A DNA stretch of 64,000 bases from Felis catus (GCF_018350175.1 NC_058368.1:25670001-25734000), one strand, 5' to 3'; positions 25,762 through 38,935 are shown, counted from the first letter of the stretch. The notes: generated from the letters alone by a model not told the origin. Made by a program: numbers and translations.

Positions 25762-25862
25762 GGGGCTCCTGGCTGGCTCAGTTGGTAGGGCATGCGACTC
25801 TTGGTCTCAGGGTTGTGAGTTCGAGTCTCACGGGTGGCATGGATTTACTTAAAATAAAAAAT
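25762..25862 (+). mobile_element. Short older Can-SINE
   Basis: ggggctcctggctggctcagttggtagggcatgcgactcttggtctcagggttgtgagttcgag. Confidence 0.85.
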
Positions 25863-26334
25863 GTTTTAGAAAGTTTAAAGCAAGTATATTCCACTTCTCA
25901 GCATTTAAAAAATTGCTCTTTGAAAGTCAAAATTTGGACTATCGAGAATTTGTAGTCATCTTCCAATATTAATTATAAAATGTTAACCATATACAACAGT
26001 GGGGAAGACCTTATGAAAAATCTCTAACGAGGAGTAAGTTTACAAAAAGTTCTCTGTAATCAAGAGAAAAGGATGATATTCTAGCAGCTCTACTTGCTTT
26101 ATCCTGTATAGTATTTTAGACATGTTCACTATGGGAAAATTACAGCCTTTGAAAATAAAATAGTACAAATATCTTATTACATATCTTTAGAGAATCAAAA
26201 TCTATAAAGATGACTAGAAAAAAGAAGTATAAAAAGTGTGATTTCAGGTTATATTAAGAGAGTAGCTTAAAACATTCCAAATAGCCCAAGTTGTGAAAGT
26301 TCTCTTACCAAAGAAACTCTTACCTGGGTTTTTT

Positions 26335-26597
26335 TTTCCTTAATTGAAATATAATTGACATATAACATTATATTAGTTTCAAGTATACAACATAATGATT
26401 TAAACTTTACAGACATTACAAAATGATCACCACAATGAGCCTAGTTAACTGTTCATCATATTTACAGGTTTTCTTGTGATGGAACTTTTAAGATCTATTC
26501 TCTTAGCAATTTTCAAATATGCAAAATAGCAATACTAACTATAGTCACCATGCTGTACATTATATCCCCAAGACTTACTTTATAACTAGAAGTTTGT
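26335..26597 (-). mobile_element. Old L1 (L1MA/MB-type) 3' end
   Basis: taattgacatataacattatattagtttc...aactatagtcaccatgctgtacatta. Confidence 0.75.
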
Positions 26598-26737
26598 TCT
26601 TAGGTTTAAAACCCAACAGCCTTTGAAGAAAACACTTTTAACGTAACTGTAGTCTTCATGCAGTCAATAAGTAATCTATGTATTTCAATCCCCAAGAGGA
26701 AATATCAGGTATTATTTTAAAGTTAAAAAACACCAAC

Positions 26738-26819
26738 CTCTTTAATCTCATGTAGTTTTCACTGGCAGCAGGTCGGCATTCAGCTCTTTGTACGACTATT
26801 CCTTCCAATGAAAGTTTAT
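26738..26819 (-). CDS. GTF2F2: Internal coding exon (82 nt, probably exon 5) of general transcription factor IIF subunit 2 (RAP30)
   Basis: Minus strand reads ttttttttctttccattcaag|ATAAACTTTCATTGGAAGG...ATGAGATTAAAGAG|gttggt, i.e. polypyrimidine tract plus AG acceptor and GT donor. Translates (D)KLSLEGIVVQRAECRPAASENYMRLKR, recognised as RAP30. Exon number is from memory of the human gene. Confidence 0.95.
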
Positions 26820-27892
26820 CTTGAATGGAAAGAAAAAAAATTAACAAATGTATTCAGAGATTACACGGATTATTTCTAAGATTTTACTTTGACATCCTAA
26901 CCACAGTAATAATGATCAGCATCAAATATAATAATAAAAATCAATGAAACAAAAGGAATACTGGTAAGTTTATAGTACCATCATTAGAATAGAGAAAAAC
27001 CTTACTCTTGGCTAGTGAAAAACTGAGCTTGTCAGGTTTACTGGGCTGCTGCAGCTGCTTGCCAATAACAACTTCTATTTATTTTTTCTAGAGAGGGTGG
27101 CTTAAATGTAAGGGCATAAAATCAAGTTTAAAAAATCTGAAGGGTGTGGAGGCTATCTCATCTTTGGCAGAGAAGTAACTTCTAAAAACCCAGCTAGTCT
27201 AAACCACTAAAATCAAAGATAATATATATTTGCATGTGTGGGTGTGCACACTCACACATACATGTAGGCAAATAAAATTCTAGAATACACTATGACTAGA
27301 AAACTGTGAAATTGAACAGATCATTGTCTAGGCTATGCTGTGTACCAGTTCTGCCTGCCAGTTGCTCTGACTTCTATTTTCAAGCACAATTATTAACTTG
27401 GGTGTGTCCAAATAAGAGCTTTAACTGCTATGGACATCTGTTCAAACAAAAGGGCAATTTTTCCTACCATTAGTAAGAATTCTTATGGTGACCCTGACAC
27501 AAAATTTGAGAGAAACTGAAAAAGTAAACAAAAGTTAGCACTTCCAACATGACTACCAGGCACCAAACATTGCTGTGAAGTCACTTTACAGACGTTATTT
27601 TATTTGATAGCAAATATATGACTGTCCCATGATGGCACTAGCTTTCCTATGGTCTGAAAAGATTTATGTCTATGGTTAGGAAGTTATGGTTCAGTCTTAT
27701 TTCCATGCAAATTCACCCGGGTTTTGAGAAGAAATTCAGGAAATCCTTTGGCTCATCAGCAATGTATTTATGATTCATCTCGTCAGGGTGAATGACTTCA
27801 TGCATTCCACTAATATGAACTAAGTGCGTACTAGGTAAAGGGCACCATCTAGGCATTTGGAATCAAAGATGATTAAGATACAGTACTATTTT

Positions 27893-29320
27893 CTGGCACA
27901 AAAACAGACACTCAGATCAATGGAACAGAATAGAGAACCCAGAAATGGACCCACAAACGTATGGCCAACTAATCTTTGACAAAGCAGGAAAGACTATCCA
28001 ATGGAATTAAGACAGTCTCTCTAGCAAGTGGTGCTGGGAAAACTGGACAGCGACATGCAGAAGAATGAACCTGGACCACTTTCTTATACCACACACAAAA
28101 ATAAACTCAAAATGGATGAAAGACCTAAATGTAAGACAGGAAGCCATCAAAATCCTCAAGAAGAAAGCAGGCAAAAACCTCTTTGATCTTGGCTGCAGGA
28201 ACTTCTTACTCAACAAGTCTCCAGAGGCAAGGGAAACAAAAGCAAAAATGAACTACTGGGACCACATCAAGATAAAAAGATTCTGCACAGTGAAGGAAAC
28301 AATCAGCAAAACTAAAGGCAACCGACAGAATGGGAGAAGATATTTGCAAATGACACATCAGATAAAGGGTTAGTATCCAAAGTCTATAAAAAACTTATCA
28401 AACTCAACACCCAAAAAATAATCCAGTGAAGAAATGGGCAAAAGAAATGGGCCCATTTTTCCAAAGACATCCAGATGGCCAACCAACACATGAAAAAACG
28501 CTCACCATCACTCACTCATCACCAGGGAAATACAAATCAAAACCACAATGAGATACCACCTCACACCAGTCAGAATGGCTAATGTTAACAACTCAGGCAA
28601 CAGCAGATGTTGGCAAGGATGCAGAGAAAGAGGATCTCTTTTGCACTGCTGGCGGGAATGCAAACTGGTGCAGCCACTCTGGAAAACAGTATGGAGGTTC
28701 CTCAATCAAAAACAGAACTACCCTACAACCCAGCAATTGCACTACTAGGTATTTATCCAAGGGATACAGCTATGCTGTTTCGAAGGGGCACATGTACCCC
28801 AGTGTTTATAGCAGCACTATCAACAATAGCCAAAGTATGGAAAGAGCTCAAATGTCCATCGATAGATGAATGGATAAAGAAGATGTGGTATATATATATA
28901 CAATGGAGTATTACTTGGCGATCAAAAAAAGAATGAAATCTTGCCATTTGCAACTACGTGGATGGAACTAGAGGGTATTATGCTAAGCGAAATTAGTCAA
29001 GAGAGAGACAAATATCATATGACTTCACTCATATGAGGACTTTAAGACACAGAACAGATGAACACAAGGGAAGGGAAACAAAAATAATATTAAAAAAAAG
29101 GGAGGGGGACAAACATAACAGACTCATAAATATGGAGAACAAACAGAGGGTTATTAGAGGGATTGTGTGTGTGTGGGGGGGGGGGGAATGAGCTAAATGG
29201 ATAAGGGGAATTAAGGAATCTATCCCTGAAATCACTGTTGCACTCTATGCTAAACTGGATATAAATTTTAAAAAATAAAATTTAATTTAAAAAATAATTT
29301 AAAATGTGAAAAAAACACAA
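27893..29320 (+). mobile_element. 5'-truncated carnivore L1 (ORF2 3' part, 3'UTR and A tail)
   Basis: Peptides [40 protein letters not shown] and KCPSIDEWIKKMW; same subfamily as 9093-10950. Confidence 0.95.
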
Positions 29321-30615
29321 CAAAAGATATGGTATTCTTTTCAAGAGACACACAGTTCACGGGGGGGGGGGGGGGGGGGGGCAGAAAAACTGACCAAAAT
29401 GTAGGGTGCAGATAGCACCACACCCACATGATTTATATTAGAAAATCTTCTTTATGGTGACTTTTCTTGATTTTGTCTCCAAACTCCAGAAGACTCCTTA
29501 CCGTAGTCCCTAACCTGTGAACATATGCGTAATTCAGTAGTTGAAGAGTCCCTCAATGCGTGTGAGATACACAACAAATCTCAAGTACAGACTAACAGAT
29601 GTCTGTAAAAAGCAATGATGAGAAGCATGCCTACCTTACATCAAAATATGTCAGGAAGAAAATAAAGCCACAAATATTTTATATGAAATTTAAATGTCTA
29701 GAAATAATTTCTTCTTGTTAATCAGTTTAGTAAGATTGAGATTAAAAATCTGAATTTCCCAAATCTTATGTTTGAGTTTGCCTCTCCACTGAAGATGAAT
29801 AGTCTATCTAGAACAATTACTGTCATAACAAGAACAAGATTTGGGAAATTCCTATGTATAAAGTATCTTAAGTGCATGAGAAAGTCCTCTATTGAAACAT
29901 AAATCAATCCTTTTTAAAAAACAAATTTAGAATACCACATGACTCCTGAAAATAATTTACTTTTATATCCATGTGTCTATTAATGTTGAATACTAAAGGA
30001 GCTACCTGTTAATACCATCTGTTAATGTTCCCCACGTGTCTAGCAGTATCTATACCACGTAGACAGGGGGAATTTAATTTTTAAAGGATTCTGCTGTCCT
30101 TGTTCCCCATATACTACTTGAAAGGGTAAGAAGCATCCAAAGCACCTGCCCATTTCACCTTGGCCACTACTCTCATCACTATTCTTCAATCAAGGTCATT
30201 CTCATAAAGCAACAAAATTCACTTCCCAAACCATAATTTCCTGTCCATCATATCCCCTTTTCAAACCTAAAATAGCTTTCCAATGATTCTCAAATGAAAG
30301 AAAAGTCTTAATCATCAGCAATGAATTTTCCCACTGATTGGCTGCTCTTAAATAACCCCACATCTCTGTTAGCTCATTCCCCTTCTCTTCTTAAATAAAT
30401 TTTAAAAAGCCAATTACTTATGAGAAAGCCTCCTAAGCAGGATTTAAAGCCTTCACACACATTTTAAAGCCTCATAGGAAAATGTTTTCGTATTCTTTTC
30501 ACTAACCATGCTTTAAATATTGCATTATATTTTAAAGGCATTTGAAAGCACCTACTTGCACACCACTGTTGTTTATTACAGATCATTTTCATTCATTACT
30601 TAAAACCACTTTGTT

Positions 30616-30810
30616 GGGGGTGAGGGGTGGCTCAGTTAGTTAAGTGACTGACTCTTGATTTTGTTTCTTCAGATCATGATCTCATGGTTTGCGAGTTTGA
30701 GAGATTGGGCAGGGAGCCTGCTTGGGATTCTCTCTCCCTCTGCCCCTCCACACAGCTCAACGCACTCTCCCTCTCCCTTTCTAAAAAAATACAAAACAAA
30801 ACCAATTTAA
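30616..30810 (+). mobile_element. Can-SINE (degenerate)
   Basis: gggtggctcagttagttaag...gagcctgcttgggattctctc. Confidence 0.8.
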
Positions 30811-31205
30811 AAGACCATAAATACTTGCAATGCATCAGGAATAACAAAAATAAATAAAACATGACTCCTGTCCTCAAGGAGTAGAGTATAGTGCAGCCAT
30901 TCAAATGATTCTGTGGCATATATTTTTTTAAATGTACTGAGGACCCCCCCAAAGAGCTTTGATGTGGGTTTTATCTATTGCTATTGATATTAAAAATTAA
31001 ACTAAGAAATGTTTAGAAAATCAGAATTGAAAAAGACAAAAAGCCTTGGTATTATTATGAATAATTGTTTTGATTTCACAGGCCCTTTGAAAAGGTTTCA
31101 GGAATCCCTCTACCCAAAAGTTTCCAGATCACATTTTGAGAGTTGCTGGTCTAGTGGGAATCTAAGACAGGTATATAAATCATTTTGAATACACCAGAAT
31201 CACTT

Positions 31206-31323
31206 ATCCCAAGCAGGCTCCACAAAGCCTGACACAGGGCTTGAATCCACAAACCATGAGATCATGACCTGAGCCAAAACCAAGAGTTGCACACTCAACC
31301 GAATGAGCCACTCAGGCACCCCA
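31206..31323 (-). mobile_element. Tailless Can-SINE
   Basis: 5' half only, flanked by acaccagaatcactt at 31191 and 31325. Confidence 0.85.
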
Positions 31324-32139
31324 ACACCAGAATCACTTTTAATAGACCTCCACTTAACCCACTTCTAGATTACCAAGGCTCTCAAGTCCCCTCTTTTAAA
31401 TACAGTGACAGATGCCCATAGCTTGCCCATAGTGGGCAGTTAGGTTCATCTCTGGTACTCCCACACACTTCTGTTCTAACTATATTAGAAGTTGTTTATG
31501 CTAGTGTTACTGTTAGTAATTATGCAATTTGATTATATATTATATAATCCTATTAATTATGAGTATGGGGGAAGGAGATGTTTCTATGAAAACCAGGTTT
31601 AGTGCCTTGGCAAGGCATGATATAAAAGTAAGTTGCTAAAAAAACTACTGTCAAAGTAGACACTGGAGAAATTAACAGGAGACTAGAAGAGAAACATGCA
31701 AGTCTAGAAGGATTCTGCATTCCTACTGTTTCAGTGTCTAAGTTCTTGCTTTTTTCTAAGAAGCCAAAATTGTAAATCTAAACTAGATTATGAGTTGAAT
31801 TTTCCCAAGAAACAGAGAGCAGATGCTCAATCAGCATACTATACTGTAATCAAAGGCCTTGTCCTACATGTACACTGGTAGCTAAATGTACATTTTAACC
31901 CTTAAGGTAAAATGTTTAAGGCACTAGGAATGCACATTATGGTTCCCTACCTTTGAATTTACCTGACAGACTACCGGTCCTTCCCTATGGGCTATGGGAC
32001 TCTACTGCACAATACAGAATTTTTTTAACAGTTATAAGACAGATACACACAGAATACAGAGACTAAAACACACAAAGAGATTATGCCTAGCTGAGGTTCA
32101 AGAAAAGGTTTGATAGAGAAAACGATGTTTATGTTGGAT

Positions 32140-32358
32140 TTTTTTTTTAATGTTTGTTTATTTTTTAGAGAGAAAGAGACAGAGCCCAAGCAGGGAAAGG
32201 GCAGAGAGAGAGAGAGAGGGAGACACAGAATCCGAATCAGACTACAGGCCTCAAGCTGTCAGCACAGAGCCCGACGTGAGGGCTTGAACTCATGAACTGT
32301 GAGATCATGACCTGAGCTCAAGTCGGACGCTTAACTGACTGAGCCACCCAGGCACCCT
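32140..32358 (-). mobile_element. Can-SINE (felid type)
   Basis: TSD tgtttatgttggat. Confidence 0.92.
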
Positions 32359-32735
32359 GTTTATGTTGGATCTTGAAAAACAGGTGGAATTTAGACAGGA
32401 GGTAAGGCAGAAAGACACTGAAGGTGGTAGGAATAGAATGAACAATGGCTTTCATCTCCTTCCTCTTTCTCTTTCTCCCTGTGTGTGTTTTTGTCTCTCT
32501 CTGAATTTCAAACCAAGGGACCCACACCAGAATTGGATACTGGGTAATATTCCAGAATCCTTCCTATATTTTCTCCTCATCACCTATCCCCCGTCTTTTT
32601 TTTGCAAGATCCATTTACTTCCTGGTTTCTGTTACTTGTGACCAAAAGAATCTTAAAGAATATGAACACACAACTTTGATAATGGTTTTATTTATCTATA
32701 TCCTACCACCTAGTTTCAGAAAAAAATTGAGAAAG

Positions 32736-32899
32736 AGGCGCCTGGAAGGCTCAGTCGGTTAAGTGTCCGACTTCAGTTCAGGTCATGATCTTGCGGTTCA
32801 CGAGTTCAAGCCCCATGTCGGGCTCTGTGCTGACAGCTCAGAACTGGAGCCTGCTTTGGATCTGTGTCTCCATCTCTCCCTGCTCCTCCCCTGCTCGCG

Positions 32900-32930
<31 letters not shown>

Positions 32931-32970
32931 AAAAATAAGAATTAAAATAAGTGAATAAATAAATAAGAAA
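32736..32970 (+). mobile_element. Can-SINE (felid type)
   Basis: Full body and tail. Confidence 0.9.
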
Positions 32971-33259
32971 AAATTAAGAAAAATTTAAAGGGTAAATATA
33001 TAAAACATATGCCATAAAGAAGAACTGAAGAGTTCCAGTTCTGATTCTGTCAGTAAATAGTGATGTCACTTTGGCAAGACTACTTCACATCTCTGGGCCT
33101 CAGCATGTACATAATGAAGTGACGAGGATCTCTGAGATCTAGTTCCAATTCTCTTTCACTTAATAAACAAACAAACAAAAAAAACAACAACTGGCCTTCA
33201 CTTCCAACTGGGGATGTTTTATTATTCCATTAGTGTTTCTTTTGTGTGGGCTGATTCAC

Positions 33260-33519
33260 TCCTTCCTTCCTTCCTTCCTTCCTTCCTTCCTTCCTTCCTT
33301 CCTTCCTTCCTTCCTTCCTTCTTCTTTTTAGAGAGAGAGTGAAAGAGAGCTCGATCATGGGAAGGATCAGAGAGAGAGGGAGACACAATCTGAAGCGAGC
33401 CCCAGGCTCGGAGCTGTCAGCACAGAGCCTGACACAGGGTTCAAACCCACAAAACAAATCGTGACATCATGACCTGAACCAAAGTCAGACGCATAACCGA
33501 GTGACCCACCCAGGCACCC
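33260..33519 (-). mobile_element. Can-SINE with (CCTT)n tail microsatellite (33260-33322)
   Basis: SINE body 33324-33519; perfect CCTT array. Confidence 0.88.
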
Positions 33520-33537
33520 CTGCGCTGATAACTTTCT

Positions 33538-33784
33538 TTTTTTTATTTTATTTTATTTATTTTATTTTTTTTCAACGTTTATTTATTTTTGGGGGGGGGG
33601 GGGATAGAGAGAGACAGAGCATGAACGGGGGAGGGGCAGAGAGAGAGGGAGACACAGAATCGAAAACAGGCTCCAGGCTCTGAGCCATCAGCCCAGAGCC
33701 CGACGCGGGGCTGGAACTCACGGACCGCGAGATCGTGACCTGGCTGAAGTCGGACGCTTAACCGACTGCGCCACCCAGGCGCCC
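33538..33784 (-). mobile_element. Young SINEC_Fc-type SINE
   Basis: TSD ctgcgctgataactttct at 33520 and 33785. Confidence 0.95.
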
Positions 33785-33989
33785 CTGCGCTGATAACTTT
33801 CTAGTAAGACCTAGATATAATCAAATTTTCTTTGAGGAGAAATTAGAAACTGTTTCTTGAAACAACAACAAAATGTTGAGAAATTTCAGCTCTAACCAAG
33901 ACCTTCCGGCTCTTTATCTCAACTGAGATAGACTCTATGTTAAAGAACTCAAGAAAACCGACAGGCACTTTTTACAAGTTAAGGGCATA

Positions 33990-34176
33990 CCTAAACAAGT
34001 TACAGTAATAAGCAGGGAGGGTGCTTATTAGCATTGGCATGTAATTAATGATACCAGATATATTAGGAAGATGCTAGGCATCAGGAAGTTATAGGCATTC
34101 ATTTCCACAAGGCCACTCCAGATCCACTTCAGTGTGGAGGCCTTTAAGAGCACTTCCAATTCCAGTTAAAACACAG
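33990..34176 (+). other. KCTD4: Candidate non-coding first exon of KCTD4 (5' boundary unknown)
   Basis: Perfect donor CAG|GTAAGT at 34174-34182 in unique sequence about 9 kb upstream of the acceptor. Consistent with my recollection of a two-exon KCTD4 structure, but there is no transcript evidence. Confidence 0.45.
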
Positions 34177-34864
34177 GTAAGTGAGCCAGAACCAAGATTT
34201 TGGACTGTTCATATGACTTCTGAAGCTATTTTCCTGATTCTTATTTATATCACATCTGTGTCTATCATCAGAAGAGGACTGAAGAAAAAATATTTTCACA
34301 GAGCCGGTGAATTTAAAAGGTAAACTATTTTTAATATTCCTATTCCATTCTTCTCATTTAAAATCTTTTCATGGAAGTTTTTTGCCTGTGGTTCACAGGG
34401 TAAGGCAAATCAATATAAACTACTATCTTAACAAACCAGTTAGGCAAACTTGCAATCTCTATATTATTAAGAAAGTGATCCTTATTCTATTCAAATTTGG
34501 CAACGGATGTTCTGATCTCTAACCTTCAAAAATTTTAGGAATGAAAGATCATGTTCAGATTTCAGTAAATCTACAGAGTTAGCATTTGATTATTTACCTC
34601 AAAAGTAACAAAGGAGCAGTAATATAAATATTCCCCAAAGTTATCTATTTATGTAATATGTTTTCATATAATATTCAAATTACAAATACACCTAATGCAC
34701 TGGAAATTCCCAATTTTAAACAAATACTGAAAGAAGATTTGAGGACTAGACCAAAGATTTAGAAAACATCTCAACCTCCTGATGCATAGCACTGCTCTTC
34801 AACTGTTCACCTATGGACTGTAAGAAAGAAGGCTGTATATACATTCCTATAAAAGGGAAATTGA

Positions 34865-35053
34865 GGGGCACCTGGGTGGCTCAGTTGGTTAAGCATCTGC
34901 CTCTAGATTTTGGCTCAGGTCATGATCTCACAGTTCATGAGTTTGAGCCCCACGTCAGCTTGGGATTTTCTCTCTCTCTCTCTCCCCCCGACTCTCTGCC
35001 CCTCTCCCACACTCTCTATCTCTCAAAATAAATAAACTTTAAAGAAAAAAAAA
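34865..35053 (+). mobile_element. Can-SINE
   Basis: SINE body with internal deletion, A tail. Confidence 0.88.
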
Positions 35054-35655
35054 AGGACACTGTAATGATGATCAAATAGCATCTGTGAATGACAAGAATG
35101 GTTGCCCAGGAGTACAAAGAAAAGTAGCTAGCTAAAGTACAAAATCAAAGATGGAGGCCTAAAGGCACAAAGGAATCTGGATTGTTCTATCAGTCGAGAG
35201 CCATAACAGACTTTAGATCAAAGAAGTAACTTAGTGAATGAGCTTTTTAAAAACAAATGTTTGTATGTTTTAATGTTTACAAATGAAGTCCACAAGTTAT
35301 TATTCCTCCTATACTTCAGACTACAGTCTCTTTTATGCTTGTTACATCATATATGTAATTAGCCAATATAAAAGTCTCTTGAATACAGATGTGGGCATGA
35401 TGTTTTGACTTGTAAACAGACATAATTTCTAACCTCAAAGCTGCTTTCAAGAATAAGAGGCTGGATAAAACCCAGAAATAAAACACAGCTTTATAAAAAA
35501 CATAAAGTAATGCTATGTTTAACAATAAATGATATAAGGCAGGAAAATCCTAATAATATAATCGTTTGTTTTAGTTAGACCTTCACCAAAGGGTGCAATC
35601 CAGCTTTGGCTGCTGCACTTGAAATTAGAAATGACTTAAAAACAATAGGAAAAGT

Positions 35656-35890
35656 GGGGCACCTGGGTCGCTCAGCTGGTTAAGCGTCCAACTTTGGCTC
35701 AGGTCATGATCTCATGGTTTCTGAGTTCAAGACCTGCATCGGGCTCCGTGCTGACAGCTTGGAGCCTGGAGCCTGCTTCAGATTCTGTGTCTCCCTCTCT
35801 CTCGGCCCCTCCCCTGCTGGCACTCTGTCTCTCTCTCTCTCTCTCAAAAATAAACACTAATAAATAAATAAATAAACATTAAAAAAAAAA
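35656..35890 (+). mobile_element. Can-SINE (felid type)
   Basis: Full body; aaaaacaatag flanks. Confidence 0.92.
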
Positions 35891-36335
35891 AACAATAGCA
35901 AAGGTAATTAAATGAATTAAAACAAAAAACAAATCCTTCCAGGAAAGATTAAGTCTCCTAGAGAACAGACTTTCACTACAATATTATAGTATTATTAAAT
36001 AGTGCCAAACACTGTGCTTGATATGATGAGTGATACCAAGGAAGAAAAATACAGACCATTGCACATAGAAAAGACTGCAACAGGGTTGAGGGATACAATA
36101 TTAATGAAATACTTATAGACAATCCAACGGCACCTATTTTCAAACCAAGTCAATAGGATTCAAGTATTTCATTAACTTCAACTTCAGTACCTCCTGTTCT
36201 CTTCACCATGCTTAATTGGTAACAGCAGTGGATGTCATACACTAGTTCTTTATGATTTTCAAGATAATTTAACAAAGTTATCTCCACAACTACAGGGTAG
36301 AAGTTATGTCCGCATCATTAAGAACTCCTCTGAGA

Positions 36336-36568
36336 GGGGCGCCTGGGTGGCGCAGTCGGTTAAGCGTCCGACTTCAGCCAGGTCACGATCTCGCGGTCCG
36401 TGAGTTCGAGCCCCGCGTTGGGCTCTGGGCTGATAACTCAGAGCCTGGAGCCTGTTTCCGATTCTGTGTCTCCCTCTCTCTCTGCCCCTCCCCCGTTCAT
36501 GCTCTGTCTCTCTCTGTCCCAAAAATAAATAAACGTTGAAAAAAAAAAATTAAAAAAAAAAAAAAAAA
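36336..36568 (+). mobile_element. Young SINEC_Fc-type SINE
   Basis: TSD aagaactcctctgaga; long A tail. Confidence 0.95.
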
Positions 36569-36690
36569 GAACTCCTCTGAGATAAATTCCCTTTCCTGAA
36601 CTCACGAATTACCTTCATATGGTGGTTTTTCAATTCTGCTTGATCATTAGAATAATCACCTGGGGAGCTTTTTAAAAACTACTGGGCCCA

Positions 36691-36920
36691 GGGGCGCCCG
36701 GGTGGCTCAGTCAGTTAAACGTCCGACTTTGGCTCAGGTCATGATCTCGCAGTCTGTGAGTTCAAGCCCCGCATTGGGCTCTGTGCTGACAGCTCAGAGC
36801 CTGGAGCCTGCTTGGGTTTCTGTATCTCCCTCTCTCTCTCTGCCCCTCCCCACTCATGCTCTGTCTCTCCCTCTCTGTCAAAAATAAACAAAAAAACCTT
36901 TTTTTAAATTAAAACAACAA
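36691..36920 (+). mobile_element. Can-SINE inserted in a MER5A-like element (about 36620-37045)
   Basis: TSD aaaaactactgggccca; flanks read atcacctggggagctttttaaaa...ccagagattct...attctaatatgcag. Confidence 0.9.
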
Positions 36921-38390
36921 CAAAAACTACTGGGCCCAAAGCCAGAGATTCTACTCGAAGTGGCTTATGGGGGCAAGAGATGGTGGTATCTTTATAACTT
37001 CAACAGATCATTCTAATATGCAGTAGCCAGAGCTTAAAACTGCTGCATAATATGGCTCCTCACCCCAGGCTCCCTTTCTTCCTCTCCCTGTATCTCTGTT
37101 AATTTTATTTTCTGGTGGTATGAAGGTAGCAGCTCACCGAACTGCTCAAATATTTCATCAAATCTGAGACAGCATCAACTATAACATACATCATCTTATA
37201 AGCCACGAAGACAAAACACTACCATGATTTTAAGACATACCCTGATTTCAAAACTGTTTAATGTGAAAAATGTGCAACATGAAAGAGTCCTCCGTCCCTA
37301 ATTTACAATCAATATACTAAGAAACAGCACTTGCTCCTATGAACCATCATATATCCTGTCCTGCTGTTCAGGCTCCCTTCTCTTTCCTCCACACCATGTC
37401 ACCACTAAGGAAGGACACAAGAGGATCTAAAGAAAAGAGGATGACAGAAGGACCAGTGGTGGGGGACAGTACTTAAGAGCAAAGATTTTTTTCATCACTG
37501 ATTTCATAATAATATTACCTTTACAAGTTTTCAAAGTCATGTCCCTCATTTTGAGATTGTACATAATGGTTATTAACATTTTAAAAATATCTTCTTCCCA
37601 AAGAGAAGGCAAAATTCCATTTTGCCAAATAGCACTATAAAAATGAGTTCTATATAATAATATAATTTCAATGTTCATTTGATGGCTCATGAAAGTGCTT
37701 TGCTCATCTGGTTACAATAGAATTTTCCAGTGAATAATAATGCATAGGCTACAATTCAAAAAAGAGAAAATTCATTTTAAAAAACATAAATGACTTCTCA
37801 CAGAATTATAAAACACTGCTTTCCCTGAAGCACTCATCTCCCAAAGTATATTTAAAATATGAATTAATATGATTTGTAAATTGTTTTCATAGTCAACTGT
37901 ATAATTAATGAAAAGCAAAGAATGTGGAATGGAATTTTGCTTGAAGTTCTCATTTAATCTGTCATTTTTATTTGTGCTCCTTTTAATACACAGTGCTTTA
38001 TTCTTTTATCTACACTCCTCAAATAAGTCTTAAGTTTGCCAATATAGCAAAGATTCCTGGGCTTCTCTGAAGACTCAGTTCAACACTGCAAAACATTCTC
38101 AAACACGTTCACCTGACTGGAAGCACCCATCCACATCACCTTCCTGCCAGAGGATATATCCAGTGAGTCCTAGGATTCAAGCATTCTACATAGTTGGTTA
38201 GATACTGTGGCCAATCAGCAGCATAAGGTAGCTGGGGCAGTATTTGTGTTAGTACAATCCCAGTACCAGACAACATTTAATGCAGATGAATTTTATACGT
38301 CAAAACTAAAGGTTTGACATTCAAACATAATTAGATTAACATGGAAAAATACTTGATTCTTATATTAATACATTACATTGTGTAATTTAT

Positions 38391-38586
38391 TTTCTTTTTT
38401 TTTTTTGAGAGAACAAGCATACACCCAAGAGAGCTGGGGAGGGGCAGAGAAAGAGGGAAAGAATCCCAAGCAGGTTCCACGCTTAGGATGGAGCCCCATG
38501 CAGGGCTCAATATCACCACCCTGAGATCACGACCTGAGCTGAAATCAAGAGTCAGATGCTTAACTGACTGAGCCACACAGCACCCC
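38391..38586 (-). mobile_element. Can-SINE
   Basis: Reverse-complement SINE body. Confidence 0.87.
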
Positions 38587-38721
38587 TATTTTTATTTTTT
38601 AACACAGAGGCTAGAGTAAATTAGTCATAGCTGAATATCAAAACGAATGTTTCTCACATTAAATGCTATTAACAGGAGGCTACAAAGAAGAGATAAACCA
38701 CACATTAAAAAAGAGAAACTT

Positions 38722-38935
38722 GGGGCACCCAGGTGGCTCAGTTAAACATCCGATTGATTTTGGCCCAGGTCATAATCTCACAGTTTGTGAATTCGAGCCC
38801 CACATTGTGCTCCATGCTGACAGTGCAGAGCCTGCTTGGGATTCTCTTACTCCCTTTCTCTCTGCCCCACCCTTGTTCACATGCATGCTCTCTCTCTCTT
38901 TCTCTCTCTCAAAAATAAATAATTAAACTTAAAAG
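38722..38935 (+). mobile_element. Can-SINE
   Basis: SINE body and tail. Confidence 0.87.

Noticed and set aside
25762..25862. tRNA-like sequences with A/B boxes (also 4455, 16436, 20400)
   Set aside because: tRNA-derived SINE heads, not functional tRNA genes.
26656..26847. 63-aa ORF as a standalone gene
   Set aside because: It is the 82-nt GTF2F2 exon read through into flanking intron.
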